From Anaerolineales bacterium (GTDB lineage Bacteria > Chloroflexota > Anaerolineae > Anaerolineales > UBA11579): DNA of 64,000 nucleotides. The notes under the pieces were generated by a model. The model saw nothing but the letters and a program-made list of their open reading frames with translations, did no database searches and was not told the DNA's origin. Below are positions 24,336-34,451 of the stretch, piece after piece (positions within the stretch are counted from its first letter, which is position 1; each line of letters begins with the position of its first letter). The translations under genes and the position numbers were made by a program. The DNA lies in contig JBBDXR010000028.1 of NCBI GenBank assembly GCA_040902205.1, positions 7,390 to 71,389 of the forward strand, in the 5' to 3' direction.

Positions 24336-27300
24336 TTGAGATCCAGGATGCTAGTAGAATCATTTAATGAAGAGCAGGCGCTAAGGGCCAATGGACGTAC
24401 GGCAAACAGGGCCATGAACCCAAGCCAGCAGAACGCTGAAAGCGACCATACAGAGGAACTTGCGGCCCTGGCGATCGCCGGGGCGAGCATCGTTTCCAGC
24501 CTCGAACTCGATAAAGTCCTGCAGATCGTCGCCCAGCAATTGACCAACCTGCTGGACGTGCCCATTTGCATCCTGGCCGATTGGCATCCCAACCCGGGCG
24601 GCGTCAAGACCTATCTCAAATTTGTAAACTCAGAAGTCACCAAGCTGCCGCGTCAATACGAAGTCACGCCATTATCCGAAAACCTAGCGCTAAATGGGGT
24701 TATTGAAAAGATAAGACCGGTGCAAATAAGCCTGGACGAACCAGGCCTGGCCGCAAAACATAAGTCTGCATTTAAGAAGGCGGGGGTTGCCACCATACTT
24801 CTCTTACCGCTGATGGCGCAAAGCAAGACCCTGGGCCTGGTGGAATTGCAGGAAACGCGCGGCATGCGTCATTTCACCGACCGCGAAATCTATCTGGCCC
24901 AGACGCTGTGCCACCAGGCTGCGGCCGCCATTGAGAACGCGCGGCTATTCGAAGCCACTCGCCGGCAGCTGCAGGAGTTGAGCCTGCTGCACCAGGTTTC
25001 CCTGGCCGGAACGGACGCCACCAACGAAAACGAACTGATCGAGCGCACCACGCAGCTCATCCGTGCCGACCTATTCCCCGACAATTTTGGCGTCCTCCTG
25101 CTGAACCACGATGGGTCGCAACTCCTGGTGCATCCTTCTTACGAGGCGGGCAAGCCGCTGAAGGCGTTGACCATTCCATTGGGCCGGGGCATCACGGGCC
25201 AGGTGGCTTCACTAGGCATGCCGCTGCGTGTGGCGGATATCCGCCAGGAGCCCAACTACCTGGGCTACGACGAGGACACCCGATCTGAACTGTGCGTGCC
25301 GATGAAGATCGGCGAGCGGGTGGTGGGAGTCATCAATGCGGAAAGCCGCGAGCCTGATCATTTCACCGAGAGAGATGAGCGCCTGTTGCTTACGCTTTCC
25401 GGGCAGTTGGCCAGTGGCATCGAGCGCCTGCGCAACGCAGCCGCCGAGCACCGCCGCGCCAAGCAGTTGAGCATTCTCAACAAACTCACCGGCGAGATGA
25501 GCGGAGTGTTGGATCGCGACCGGCTGTTCAAGGTGGTGGTGGAGCGGCTCAACAAGGAAATGAGCTATGTCTCGACCGACATTTCCCTGGTGGAAGAAGA
25601 GACCCAGGAATATGTGATCGCCGCGGTCAGCGGGACCTTTGCCTCGCTGGTGTCGGAGAGCGGTTACCGCCAGCCTTTTGGGGTGGGCTTGCTGGACCGC
25701 GCGGCGCGCACAGGGGAAGTGGTGGTGGCGAACAACGTGCACGAGCAGCCTGAGTACAACCTGGTGGCCGGGCACGAAGCGATCAACTCGGAACTGATCA
25801 TCCCGATCAAGATCTATAAGCGCGTGGTGGCCCTGCTCAATATCGAAAGCAACCGATTGAACGCGTTCGACCATCACGAGGTGGAGGCCTTAAGCACCCT
25901 TTGCGAGCAGATCTCCATCGCTCTGGAAGGCATTAATCTATTCGACTCCACACGACGGCAACTGCAGGAGCTGACCGTTTTGCATGCCATCACCCACGCG
26001 GCCGTAAACGCCAAAAGTGAAGCGGAACTCCTGGAGCGGGCGACCGAGATCATCGGCGACAGCCTGTATCCGGATCAGTTCGGCTTCCTCATGTTGGATG
26101 AGGGCGCGCAGACCCTGGTGGTCGACCAAAGCTATCGAGGCATCACGGCCGAGACGAAGAAACGAACGGTGCCGCTCGCCCAGGGGGTTGCCGGCCGCGT
26201 AGCCGCCACGGGCACTCCGTGGAGGATTCCGGATGTGCTCAAAGAACCAAGCTATTTGAATGTAAGCCCCAACATGCATTCGGAATTATGCGTGCCCATC
26301 CTGGGGAGCTCTAACAAGGTATTGGGAGTGATCAACGCCGAAAGCGCCCAAGAGGATGCCTTTTCGGACAAAGATATGCGCTTGCTCAACACGATCGGCG
26401 GCCAATTGGGGACGGCCATCGAAAAGATCCGCCTATTCGAATCCGAACGCGTGCAGCGGGAGCAGGCCGAAACTTTGCGCGAAGTGGCCGCCATCCTGAG
26501 CAGCGAGACGGACAGCTCCAGTGTGCTGGACCTGATCCTGGAGCAATTGAAGCGAGTGGTGCCTTTCGATAGCGCCTCTATTCAGATCATCAAAGGCGAG
26601 AACTTGAGCATCCGCGCCATCGCCGGCTCACTGGATTCGAGCGCGCTGGGGTACGAGATCCCGATCAAAGACGATCACTTCGCCCACCCCTTGCTCTACG
26701 AACACCGCACTGTGGTCTATGAGGACATCAGCGACCACGCGGGTTGGCTGCAGGCGCCTGGCGCCTCAGGAGTTAAATCGTGGATCGGCGCGCCGCTGGT
26801 GGTCGCCGGGGAATGCGTAGGCGTGCTGACCGTGGACGGTTATCAGCCCAAGCAATTCAACGCGGCCGATGCGCAGGTCGTCTCGGCATTCGCCATCCAT
26901 GCCGGCATCGCCCTGGAAAACGCGCGCCTGTTCGAAGCGGCGGAAGACGCCTACGTACAGACCGTCGGCGCCCTGGCGAGCGCCATTGATGTGCGCGACA
27001 GCTACACCAGCGGCCACAGCCAGCGGCTGGCGGAACTGGCTGTGATGACCGGGCAAACGATGGATTGCAGCGAAGACGAGTTGGTGGATATTCGCTGGGG
27101 AGCACTGCTGCACGACATCGGCAAGATCGGTGTTCCGGATGACATTTTGCGGAAGCCAGGCATCCTGGAAGCCGGCGAGGAAGAGATCATGCGCCGCCAT
27201 CCGGAAATTGGGGCGCATATCGTGGCCGGGGTGAAGAACCTATCCGGCGTGGCGCCGATCATCCGCGCCCACCAGGAACGCTATGACGGCAACGGATATC

Positions 27301-27521
27301 CCGACGGACTGCGCGGCGATGCGATCCCCAAGATCGCCCGCATCATCGCGGTGGCCGATGCTTACGTGGCTATGACCGATGAACGTGTGTATCGCAAGTC
27401 ACGCAGCCACAGCGAAGCGGTGACGGAACTCAAGCGCTGCAGCGGCACGCAATTCGATCCCACAGTGGTCAAGGCCTTTCTCAAAGCGATCGAATCGAGG
27501 CACGAACTAGTCAAAGAATAA
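24336..27521 (+). CDS. multi-GAF (about five) HD-GYP c-di-GMP phosphodiesterase
   Basis: Linkers E.ARLFEA..RQLQEL recur between GAF units. The C-terminus has HSQRLA...LLHDIGKIGVPD...HQERYDGNGYPDGL (HD-GYP). The exact start is uncertain. Confidence 0.85.
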   Translation: MRSRMLVESFNEEQALRANGRTANRAMNPSQQNAESDHTEELAALAIAGASIVSSLELDKVLQIVAQQLTNLLDVPICILADWHPNPGGVKTYLKFVNSEVTKLPRQYEVTPLSENLALNGVIEKIRPVQISLDEPGLAAKHKSAFKKAGVATILLLPLMAQSKTLGLVELQETRGMRHFTDREIYLAQTLCHQAAAAIENARLFEATRRQLQELSLLHQVSLAGTDATNENELIERTTQLIRADLFPDNFGVLLLNHDGSQLLVHPSYEAGKPLKALTIPLGRGITGQVASLGMPLRVADIRQEPNYLGYDEDTRSELCVPMKIGERVVGVINAESREPDHFTERDERLLLTLSGQLASGIERLRNAAAEHRRAKQLSILNKLTGEMSGVLDRDRLFKVVVERLNKEMSYVSTDISLVEEETQEYVIAAVSGTFASLVSESGYRQPFGVGLLDRAARTGEVVVANNVHEQPEYNLVAGHEAINSELIIPIKIYKRVVALLNIESNRLNAFDHHEVEALSTLCEQISIALEGINLFDSTRRQLQELTVLHAITHAAVNAKSEAELLERATEIIGDSLYPDQFGFLMLDEGAQTLVVDQSYRGITAETKKRTVPLAQGVAGRVAATGTPWRIPDVLKEPSYLNVSPNMHSELCVPILGSSNKVLGVINAESAQEDAFSDKDMRLLNTIGGQLGTAIEKIRLFESERVQREQAETLREVAAILSSETDSSSVLDLILEQLKRVVPFDSASIQIIKGENLSIRAIAGSLDSSALGYEIPIKDDHFAHPLLYEHRTVVYEDISDHAGWLQAPGASGVKSWIGAPLVVAGECVGVLTVDGYQPKQFNAADAQVVSAFAIHAGIALENARLFEAAEDAYVQTVGALASAIDVRDSYTSGHSQRLAELAVMTGQTMDCSEDELVDIRWGALLHDIGKIGVPDDILRKPGILEAGEEEIMRRHPEIGAHIVAGVKNLSGVAPIIRAHQERYDGNGYPDGLRGDAIPKIARIIAVADAYVAMTDERVYRKSRSHSEAVTELKRCSGTQFDPTVVKAFLKAIESRHELVKE

Positions 27522-28530
27522 GCATGGCATCGCCGAAAGAATAGAAGCGGTACCCTTCGGCGATGGCCTCCCTATAGGTTTCCAAGATCAGTTCCCGGCC
27601 AGCGAAGGCGCTCACCAACATCAGCAGTGTGGAACGGGGCAAGTGAAAGTTCGTCAGCAGAGCATCAACTGCGGCGAACTTGTAGCCCGGGATTATGAAT
27701 AGGTCCGTGCGGCCCTCGTAAGGCGCCACTTCCCTATCCTCCCTTAAGCGCGCCGCGGTTTCAAGTACGCGGACCGAAGTTGTGCCCACCGCCACCACGC
27801 GGCCGCCGGCGGTGCGCGTGGCATTCACCTGGCCGGCGGCCGCGGCGGTCAGCTGGCACCATTCCGTGTGAATGAGGTGAGCGCGGGGATCCTCCTCGTT
27901 CACGGGGGCGAAGGTATCAAGGCCGATGTGCAGGGTAAGTTCCGCGAAGCGGGCGCCCCTGCTTCGGATGGCTTCCATGAGGACCGGCGTGAAATGCAAG
28001 CCGGCGGTGGGCGCCGCCGCCGAGCCCGGCTCCCGAGCATAGACGGTCTGATAGCGTTCGGGGTCGGCCAAAGCCGTGTGAATATAGGGCGGCAAAGGCA
28101 CGGACCCCAACCGCTCCAGTTCACGATCCACCGGGCGGTCAAAGGCGATGAGACGCTGCGCCTCGCCCAGGTCCGCCTCAATCGTTGCCGCCAGATCGTC
28201 CTGCAGTTCTATTCGCTTGCCGGGCGACAGCCCTTTGCCGCCCACCAGCGCTTTCCAGCGCCGGTCATCGAGCCGCTCCAGGAGCAGTAGCTCCACTCTG
28301 CCGCCGCCTGGACGCTTGCGCCCGAAGATACGCGCCGGAACCACGCGGCTGCGGTTAATGACCAGGAGGTCATTGGGGTTCAGGAAGTCCGGGAGGCGGC
28401 GGAAGATAGTGTGCTGGACCCTGCCGGTGCGGCGATCCAAGACGAGCAAGCGGGAGGAGTCACGCGGTTCAAGCGGCTGCTGGGCGATCCGCTCTGCAGG
28501 GAGTTGGTAATCGAAAGCCGAAGTCTTCAA
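27511..28530 (-). CDS. queA: S-adenosylmethionine:tRNA ribosyltransferase-isomerase
   Basis: FDYQLPAERIAQ.P...RD.SRLLVL N-terminus; typical length. Confidence 0.95.
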   Translation of the reverse strand: MKTSAFDYQLPAERIAQQPLEPRDSSRLLVLDRRTGRVQHTIFRRLPDFLNPNDLLVINRSRVVPARIFGRKRPGGGRVELLLLERLDDRRWKALVGGKGLSPGKRIELQDDLAATIEADLGEAQRLIAFDRPVDRELERLGSVPLPPYIHTALADPERYQTVYAREPGSAAAPTAGLHFTPVLMEAIRSRGARFAELTLHIGLDTFAPVNEEDPRAHLIHTEWCQLTAAAAGQVNATRTAGGRVVAVGTTSVRVLETAARLREDREVAPYEGRTDLFIIPGYKFAAVDALLTNFHLPRSTLLMLVSAFAGRELILETYREAIAEGYRFYSFGDAMLIL

Positions 28531-28536
28531 AGGAGA

Positions 28537-28764
28537 TCAGCGGCCCAGGAACCGGGCCAACAAGTTCAAGCCAAGCGTCAGGATGACGGATAGCAGGATC
28601 GTGGTGGCGAGAGGAACGAAGCAAGTGAACTGGCCAAGCTGGAAGCGGAAATCGCCCGGGAGCTTCCCCAGCGGCAAGCCCAGGCGCGGCAACATGACCA
28701 ACAGACCGCCCACAACGAGAAGCAGGACACCAACAAGGACAAGGATGCGGCCGAGATCCGCCAT
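28537..28764 (-). CDS. DUF2905-like small membrane protein
   Basis: Two TM helices with a central LPGDF motif. Its position next to ruvB is common for this family. Confidence 0.7.
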   Translation of the reverse strand: MADLGRILVLVGVLLLVVGGLLVMLPRLGLPLGKLPGDFRFQLGQFTCFVPLATTILLSVILTLGLNLLARFLGR

Positions 28765-28767
28765 TGC

Positions 28768-29790
28768 CTAGAACAGGGTTGGCGCGGCGGGTTGGCCGGT
28801 GTAAGGCAAGCCGAGATGGGCGCAAGCCGCAGCAGTAGCCAGCCGTCCTTGCGATCTGCGCTCGAGGAAACCGAGCTGCATGAGGTAAGGCTCGATCACG
28901 TCCATCACGGTGTCGGGTTCTTCGCTCACCGAGGCGGCGATGGTGTTGAGCCCCACCGGGCCGCCGCCAAATTTTTCCACGATGGTGCGCAGGACGCGCC
29001 GGTCCAGGTCATCCAATCCCAATTCATCCACTTCCAGCAGGCCGAGCGCATCACGGGCGACCTGATCGGTGATCACGCCCTGGGCGCGCACTTCAGCGAA
29101 GTCGCGCACCCGGCGCAGAAAGCGCAGGGCCACGCGCGGTGTGCCGCGCGAACGCATGGCGATAAGCTCCAGACCACCCTGGGCAGCCTCGATACGCAAT
29201 TGAGCCGCGGCGCGTTCTAGGATGGCCTGGATGGCGGCGGGTTCATAGAAATCCAGTCGGAAGGTGGCGCCGAAGCGGGCGCGCAGCGGAGCGGTCAGCA
29301 GGGCCAAGCGGGTGGTGGCGCCGACGACGGTAAAGTGGGGCAACTTGAGGCGAATGGCGCGGGCGGAGGGACCTTTGCCGATCACGATATCCAGCGAATA
29401 ATCTTCCATGGCGGGGTAGAGCACTTCCTCCACAGCTTTGCCCAGACGATGGATCTCGTCTACGAAGAGGATATCGCCCTGATTCAAATTGCTTAGGATG
29501 GCGGCCAGATCGCCCTGGCGCTCGATGGCGGGGCCGGAGGTTACTTTAATGCTGACACCCATTTCGTTAGCCAGGATGTGGGCCAGGGTGGTTTTACCGA
29601 GGCCCGGGGGGCCATAGAAAAGAACGTGATCCAAAGGTTCGGCGCGTTGGCGTGCGGCGGCGATGAGAATGGCCAAGTTTTCCCTCACCATGTCCTGGCC
29701 GATCAGTTCGGCCAGGCTGCGCGGCCTCAGCGCCGGTTCCAGTTTGTCGTCCACGCGGGGCAGCGGATCGACCAGGCGAGGTTGGCTCAT
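28768..29790 (-). CDS. ruvB: Holliday junction branch migration helicase RuvB
   Basis: [19 protein letters not shown] and FVDEIHRL motifs. The start is set at ATG 29790. Confidence 0.95.
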   Translation of the reverse strand: MSQPRLVDPLPRVDDKLEPALRPRSLAELIGQDMVRENLAILIAAARQRAEPLDHVLFYGPPGLGKTTLAHILANEMGVSIKVTSGPAIERQGDLAAILSNLNQGDILFVDEIHRLGKAVEEVLYPAMEDYSLDIVIGKGPSARAIRLKLPHFTVVGATTRLALLTAPLRARFGATFRLDFYEPAAIQAILERAAAQLRIEAAQGGLELIAMRSRGTPRVALRFLRRVRDFAEVRAQGVITDQVARDALGLLEVDELGLDDLDRRVLRTIVEKFGGGPVGLNTIAASVSEEPDTVMDVIEPYLMQLGFLERRSQGRLATAAACAHLGLPYTGQPAAPTLF

Positions 29791-29882
29791 CGAAAAGATT
29801 ATACATGAGGGGTTTAGACCGCCCTCCAAGGGCGAGCAGAGAGACCCTGGACTATAATCCGCCGAACGACGGGAGAGTTGCC

Positions 29883-30509
29883 ATGGCCGCTGTGTTCGCT
29901 TCGAAACATCCGCTGGTACTGCATAAACTGACCATCCTGCGCGACCGGACCACCGAACCCCGCAAGTTCCGTGAGCTGGTGCAGGAGATCAGCACGCTGC
30001 TGACCTACGAGGCCACTGCCGATCTGGCCATCGAGCCGCGCGAGGTGGAAACCCCGATGGGCAAGGCGAAGGGCAGCGCCACCAAAGAGAACATCGGCCT
30101 GGTTCCCATTTTGCGCGCCGGGTTGGGCATGGTGAACGGCGTTTGGGATCTGATCCCCGACGCGCAGGTCTGGCACATCGGCTTGTATCGCGACGAGAAG
30201 ACTTTGCAGCCGGTGCAGTATTACAACAAGCTGCCCACCTTGCCGACAGTGGGCTTATGCCTGGTGCTGGACCCGATGCTGGCGACAGGCGGTTCAGCCA
30301 CGGCGACGGTCAGCATCCTTAAGCAATGGGGCGTCAAGAAGATCAAGTATGTGGGCATCATCGGCGCGCCGGAGGGCATCGAGCTGCTAAGCAAGACGCA
30401 CCCGGATGTGCCGATCTTCCTCGGAGCAATCGACGACCACCTCAACGACATCGGCTACATCGTCCCGGGGCTGGGGGATGCAGGTGACCGCCAGTTTGGC
30501 ACCGGCTAG
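29883..30509 (+). CDS. upp: uracil phosphoribosyltransferase
   Basis: HPLV.HKLT.LRD...FREL..E...LL.YEA and the PRPP motif [12 protein letters not shown]. The start is set at ATG 29883. Confidence 0.95.
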   Translation: MAAVFASKHPLVLHKLTILRDRTTEPRKFRELVQEISTLLTYEATADLAIEPREVETPMGKAKGSATKENIGLVPILRAGLGMVNGVWDLIPDAQVWHIGLYRDEKTLQPVQYYNKLPTLPTVGLCLVLDPMLATGGSATATVSILKQWGVKKIKYVGIIGAPEGIELLSKTHPDVPIFLGAIDDHLNDIGYIVPGLGDAGDRQFGTG

Positions 30510-30602
30510 GTTTAAGCCCAGGCCTTACAGTTTTGATAGGGGGCAGAGCTGGGCGCAGCTTTTCGCCTTACACTTCAGCAAGTTAAGTTAGGCTCGAAAG
30601 CT

Positions 30603-32007
30603 ATGCCCGGCATTCGCAAGCAAGCCCCGAAAAAGAAAACCGCCCGCCCCCGGAAGCCCTCGGAGTTGAGCCAGCTGCGCGCCAAGCTGGCGCGCCTGGA
30701 GACGAAATACACCAAGCTGGTCATTGAAAAGGGATTCCTGGAGCGCGCGGTCGAAGACCTGAACTTCCACAACAACGTACACGACGGCATTGTTTACACC
30801 GACGTACAGGACCGCATCATTTATGCCAATCCCTATTTCCTGGGAATGATGGGGGTGAAAGAAAAAGGCGAACTGGTGAACAAGCCGTTCCCCAATTACA
30901 TGTGGAAGAACGAGCACGAAGCCGAGCGCCTGTTCACAGATATCAGGAAAGACGGGTTCGTGCGCGAACGCGAGATGTCTTTGAGCAACAAAGAAGGGCA
31001 GCCGGTGTTCGCCATGTGCTCGGCGGTAGCCAACAAAGACGAAGACGGCAACATCGTGGGCACCGAGCTGATGTTCTGCAATATCACCGGCAAACGCACC
31101 TTCCAGGCGGAATTGGTGGAACAACACGCCCTGCTGGATGCCATGCTGCAAAGCACCCCCGACCCGATCCTGATCCTGACTTCGGCGCTGGATATTAACC
31201 GGCTAAACCCGGTGGCCGGTACCCTGTTCGGACTCAAGACTTATAAGGCGCGGCAGCCGTTGGCCGCTGTATTGACCAAGGCCGGCCTGCCGGCGGAGGT
31301 CGTTCGGAAACTGGAGTCGCTCCTTGCGGGGGAGCAGGCCCTTCGAACTGGAAATGACCTTGCATGGGGAGCATTTTGAATTCCATGCCGCCCCGCTGCG
31401 GTCGATGCAGAAGGGTTGGGTATGCAGTTTGCACAACATCACCGTGCGCAAGCAGACCCAGGACATGCTGCAACGGCGCGCCTTCCACGATGTGCTGACC
31501 CAGTTGCCTAACCGCGCCTATTTCCGCGATCATTTGCAGCGCGCCTACCTGCGCAGTAAGAGCGAAGCGGATTACCGCTTCGCGGCGTTGTTCATCGACA
31601 TGGACAGCCTGAAGTCGATCAATGACAAGTGGGGGCACGACGCGGGAGACCAGGCGCTGATGCAGTTCGCACGCCGATTGGAGAGCAGCATTCGGCCCGG
31701 CGACCTGGCTGCACGGCTGGGCGGGGACGAATTCGCCGTTTTCATCGACGGGGTGGCCGACGAGGACCGGGCGCGCCAAGTGGCAACGCGCATCCGCGAT
31801 GCGCTGGCACAACCATTCAAGCTACCCGGCGACGCCGAAGTGCACACCACGGCGAGCATCGGCATGGCGTTAGCAGGAGCGCTGACCGCGGACGTGGACG
31901 CCTTGCTGCGCAACGCCGACCAGGCCATGTACCGCGTCAAGCAACGCGGGGGCAATGGATTTGAGATGTTCGGGGAGGAAATACTAACTGATGTGAAGCC
32001 TCAATGA
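30603..32007 (+). pseudogene. PAS-PAS-GGDEF diguanylate cyclase interrupted by a +1 frame change near 31326-31341
   Basis: ORF 30603..31379 ends inside the second PAS domain. ORF 31324..32007 in the +1 frame continues the PAS domain (FELEMTLHGEHFEFHAAPL) into RLGGDEFAVF. Confidence 0.7.
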
Positions 32008-33269
32008 CTATCAGGGTCTGTATATTCCCAGTCGTGAAGCCTTCGCTCGACGCCAAATAACTTCCTGGCCTGTTCTGACAGTTCTTTCGCGTTTGAGAAT
32101 TCCACCTCCTCCAGTACCATCGCGTCATAAGACCTCAAAGGCGCTCCAGAGGTTTCTGTAGAAATGCCGACAATCTTGCTTAGGCCCAGATAGCAATAGG
32201 CCGCTCCGCAAAGTTTGTACAAGAACTGAGCTCGTTCTATTCTTTCCAGCTTGGAACAGAGTATCAAAACACAGTTACTGGAGTCCTCATTTCTAACCAC
32301 TGAATATGAAAGACCCGTCTTTTCGCCTCGCTGCAAACAATCGACAAGCTTGTCTCCAAGTCTTCTTCTCTCAAGCCGCGTCAGACCAGCAAGTTCCTTA
32401 GCAACCTTCAAATATCCTTCAACTGTCCCTTCTCCCTTGAGCCCATGGGAGGATAATGCCTCCCCCACGGGATAAAAGCCAACCGAGCTATGTAAGAAAT
32501 CGATTATTTCGTCGATTAGGTAACTGTTCTTGTTTAGCTCATTTCTAGCCATTATTGAGTGATTGAACTTCTGGTGATATTCCCTCCAGATGTCGTCCCC
32601 AATTGAGAGGTGGACGTTGTCGATCATAGCTTTGCTGATTAACTCTGGATTCATTTTGTATATCGCCAATAGATCTAGGCATTGAATGGGAAACACAAGC
32701 AGTTTTGCTTCGTGTAATGACTTCACTACACCTAAGAATCGGATGAAGTCTGGGAGGGTATCCAGCTCTGTTGACAGGGAATCGAAATCATCTCTTGTAA
32801 GCACGTGAATTGGATACCCTTTGTGACCTAGATAGAGACCATAAAGTCTGGAGCGCTCACCTTCTTCGAAAAGCTCTTCCCCAATGAGGTCTAGTATCAC
32901 GATGCCTATAAATTTGTCTTTCTCCAATCCCTCTGTAGAGATTTCCATACCCTTTCCACTTCGAACTTGATCTAGCCAGCCATTGTCTATGGCGCGTTTT
33001 GTGGTCCCCAATTGACGGATTCCATCTTCGACAACTTTAATGATTCGGGAAAAATCATGTTCGTCCTTTTCGGAGGCTTTCTTAATCTCGCGTTTTGACT
33101 TAACTTGAATTGCCAAAATAACAGAACCAAATAAGACAAGAATATCTGCTGCTTCCCTCCTTTTGCGGTCCGGTTTGGTGAACGAGGGGTTACGAACCGT
33201 GAAATCCGAAAAAAACATCTTATTGCAGATTGATTCCACCAGATCTTCAGTTTCATACCCAGTACGCAT
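32001..33269 (-). CDS. PD-(D/E)xK nuclease-like N-terminal domain protein, unknown family (low-GC insertion)
   Basis: ETEDLV...EAADILVLFGSVILAIQVKSK fits an E...D...(E/Q)xK pattern. GC is far below that of the flanks. Its stop overlaps the GGDEF stop by 7 nt. Confidence 0.5.
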   Translation of the reverse strand: MRTGYETEDLVESICNKMFFSDFTVRNPSFTKPDRKRREAADILVLFGSVILAIQVKSKREIKKASEKDEHDFSRIIKVVEDGIRQLGTTKRAIDNGWLDQVRSGKGMEISTEGLEKDKFIGIVILDLIGEELFEEGERSRLYGLYLGHKGYPIHVLTRDDFDSLSTELDTLPDFIRFLGVVKSLHEAKLLVFPIQCLDLLAIYKMNPELISKAMIDNVHLSIGDDIWREYHQKFNHSIMARNELNKNSYLIDEIIDFLHSSVGFYPVGEALSSHGLKGEGTVEGYLKVAKELAGLTRLERRRLGDKLVDCLQRGEKTGLSYSVVRNEDSSNCVLILCSKLERIERAQFLYKLCGAAYCYLGLSKIVGISTETSGAPLRSYDAMVLEEVEFSNAKELSEQARKLFGVERRLHDWEYTDPDSH

Positions 33270-33291
33270 GTATATCGTTCCCCTTGTTTAT

Positions 33292-33681
33292 TTACCCTTT
33301 GAAGTACGCTTTCATCGGATCGAAATAGTTATCCACCCATCCCTGCCGGTATTGTTCGCCGTGCGCGGGCAGGCGAGTGTGCCTGAGCGTGAGCCTGGTA
33401 CTCTTCGCGGCCGGAGCAAAGGTGATGTCGATCTGCGAATCTTCTTCGTCGTCGCTGAACTCCACGGTGCGCCAGGCCTGGACGATACGCTTGCCCGGCT
33501 CCAGGATCAGATTCTTACCGCGGATGTAGCCATCCCAGGCTTCGAAGGTCCCGCCGACCTTGTTGCTGACCTTCGCTTTGGCGCCGGTCATCTTCGAATG
33601 CCCTTTGGAATCCAACCAGGCATCGTAGACTTCCTGTGGGGAGGCCGGAAGAGTTATGGAGACTTCGAAATCACGCGACAT
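33292..33681 (-). CDS. SRPBCC/AHSA1-like small protein
   Basis: MSRDFEVSITLPASPQEVYDAW... is typical of Aha1/START-like proteins. The start is set at ATG 33681, because the longer track ORF overlaps tpiA with an Arg-rich artefact. Confidence 0.75.
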   Translation of the reverse strand: MSRDFEVSITLPASPQEVYDAWLDSKGHSKMTGAKAKVSNKVGGTFEAWDGYIRGKNLILEPGKRIVQAWRTVEFSDDEEDSQIDITFAPAAKSTRLTLRHTRLPAHGEQYRQGWVDNYFDPMKAYFKG

Positions 33682-33689
33682 GGATGGCC

Positions 33690-34451
33690 TTAGGCGCCCG
33701 CGGCACGCGTGATCTCGATGAAGTCTTTGGCCTTCAAGCTGGCGCCGCCCACCAGGGCGCCGTCGATCTCCGGCATGGCGAAGAAGGCAGCGGCATTGGC
33801 GGCGTTGACCGAGCCGCCATACAGCACGCGCACACCTTGGGCGATCTCTTCGCCGAACAACCCGGCGAGCGTGGGCCGCACTACGTTGCGCAGCAAAGTC
33901 TCGGTGAGCTCGGGGGTGGCGGCTTTGCCGGTGCCGATGGCCCACACGGGCTCATAGGCGATGACGAGGCGTTCGGCGGAGTTGATCTGCACTCCCTCCA
34001 ACGCGGCGCGCAACTGGCTGGAGACGACTTCGGCAGCGCGGCCGGCTTCGTTCTGTTCAAGCGTTTCGCCGACGCACAGCACCGGCTTTAGGCCCACATT
34101 AAGCGCAGCCAGCACCTTGCGGTGCACGTCCAGGTCGCTCTCATGGAACAGGGCGCGGCGTTCCGAATGGCCGAGGATCACGTATTGGCAATATTCGGCG
34201 ACCATGGCGGGGGAGAGTTCGCCGGTGAAGGCGCCCTCCTGCTCCCAATACAGATTTTGCGCGCCGAGGGCCACACCTGTTTTATCCAGGATGACAGAGA
34301 CGGCCATGAGCGCGGGGGCGGGAGGGCAGAGCAGCTTCTCCACTGCGGGGACGGCCTGCAGGCCGGGGAGCATTTCTTCCACCAGGCGCAAAGCCTCGGA
34401 GGTGGTCTTGTTCATCTTCCAATTGCCAGCAACCAGCGGAGTGCGCGGCAT
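33690..34451 (-). CDS. tpiA: triosephosphate isomerase
   Basis: AGNWKMNKT, ILGHSERR and AYEPVWAIGTG motifs. Confidence 0.97.
   Translation of the reverse strand: MPRTPLVAGNWKMNKTTSEALRLVEEMLPGLQAVPAVEKLLCPPAPALMAVSVILDKTGVALGAQNLYWEQEGAFTGELSPAMVAEYCQYVILGHSERRALFHESDLDVHRKVLAALNVGLKPVLCVGETLEQNEAGRAAEVVSSQLRAALEGVQINSAERLVIAYEPVWAIGTGKAATPELTETLLRNVVRPTLAGLFGEEIAQGVRVLYGGSVNAANAAAFFAMPEIDGALVGGASLKAKDFIEITRAAGA

Noticed and set aside
33682-33945. N-terminal extension of the SRPBCC ORF (track ORF 33292-33945)
   Set aside because: The Arg-rich extension overlaps the tpiA coding region. A well-placed ATG at 33681 gives a canonical 129-aa protein.
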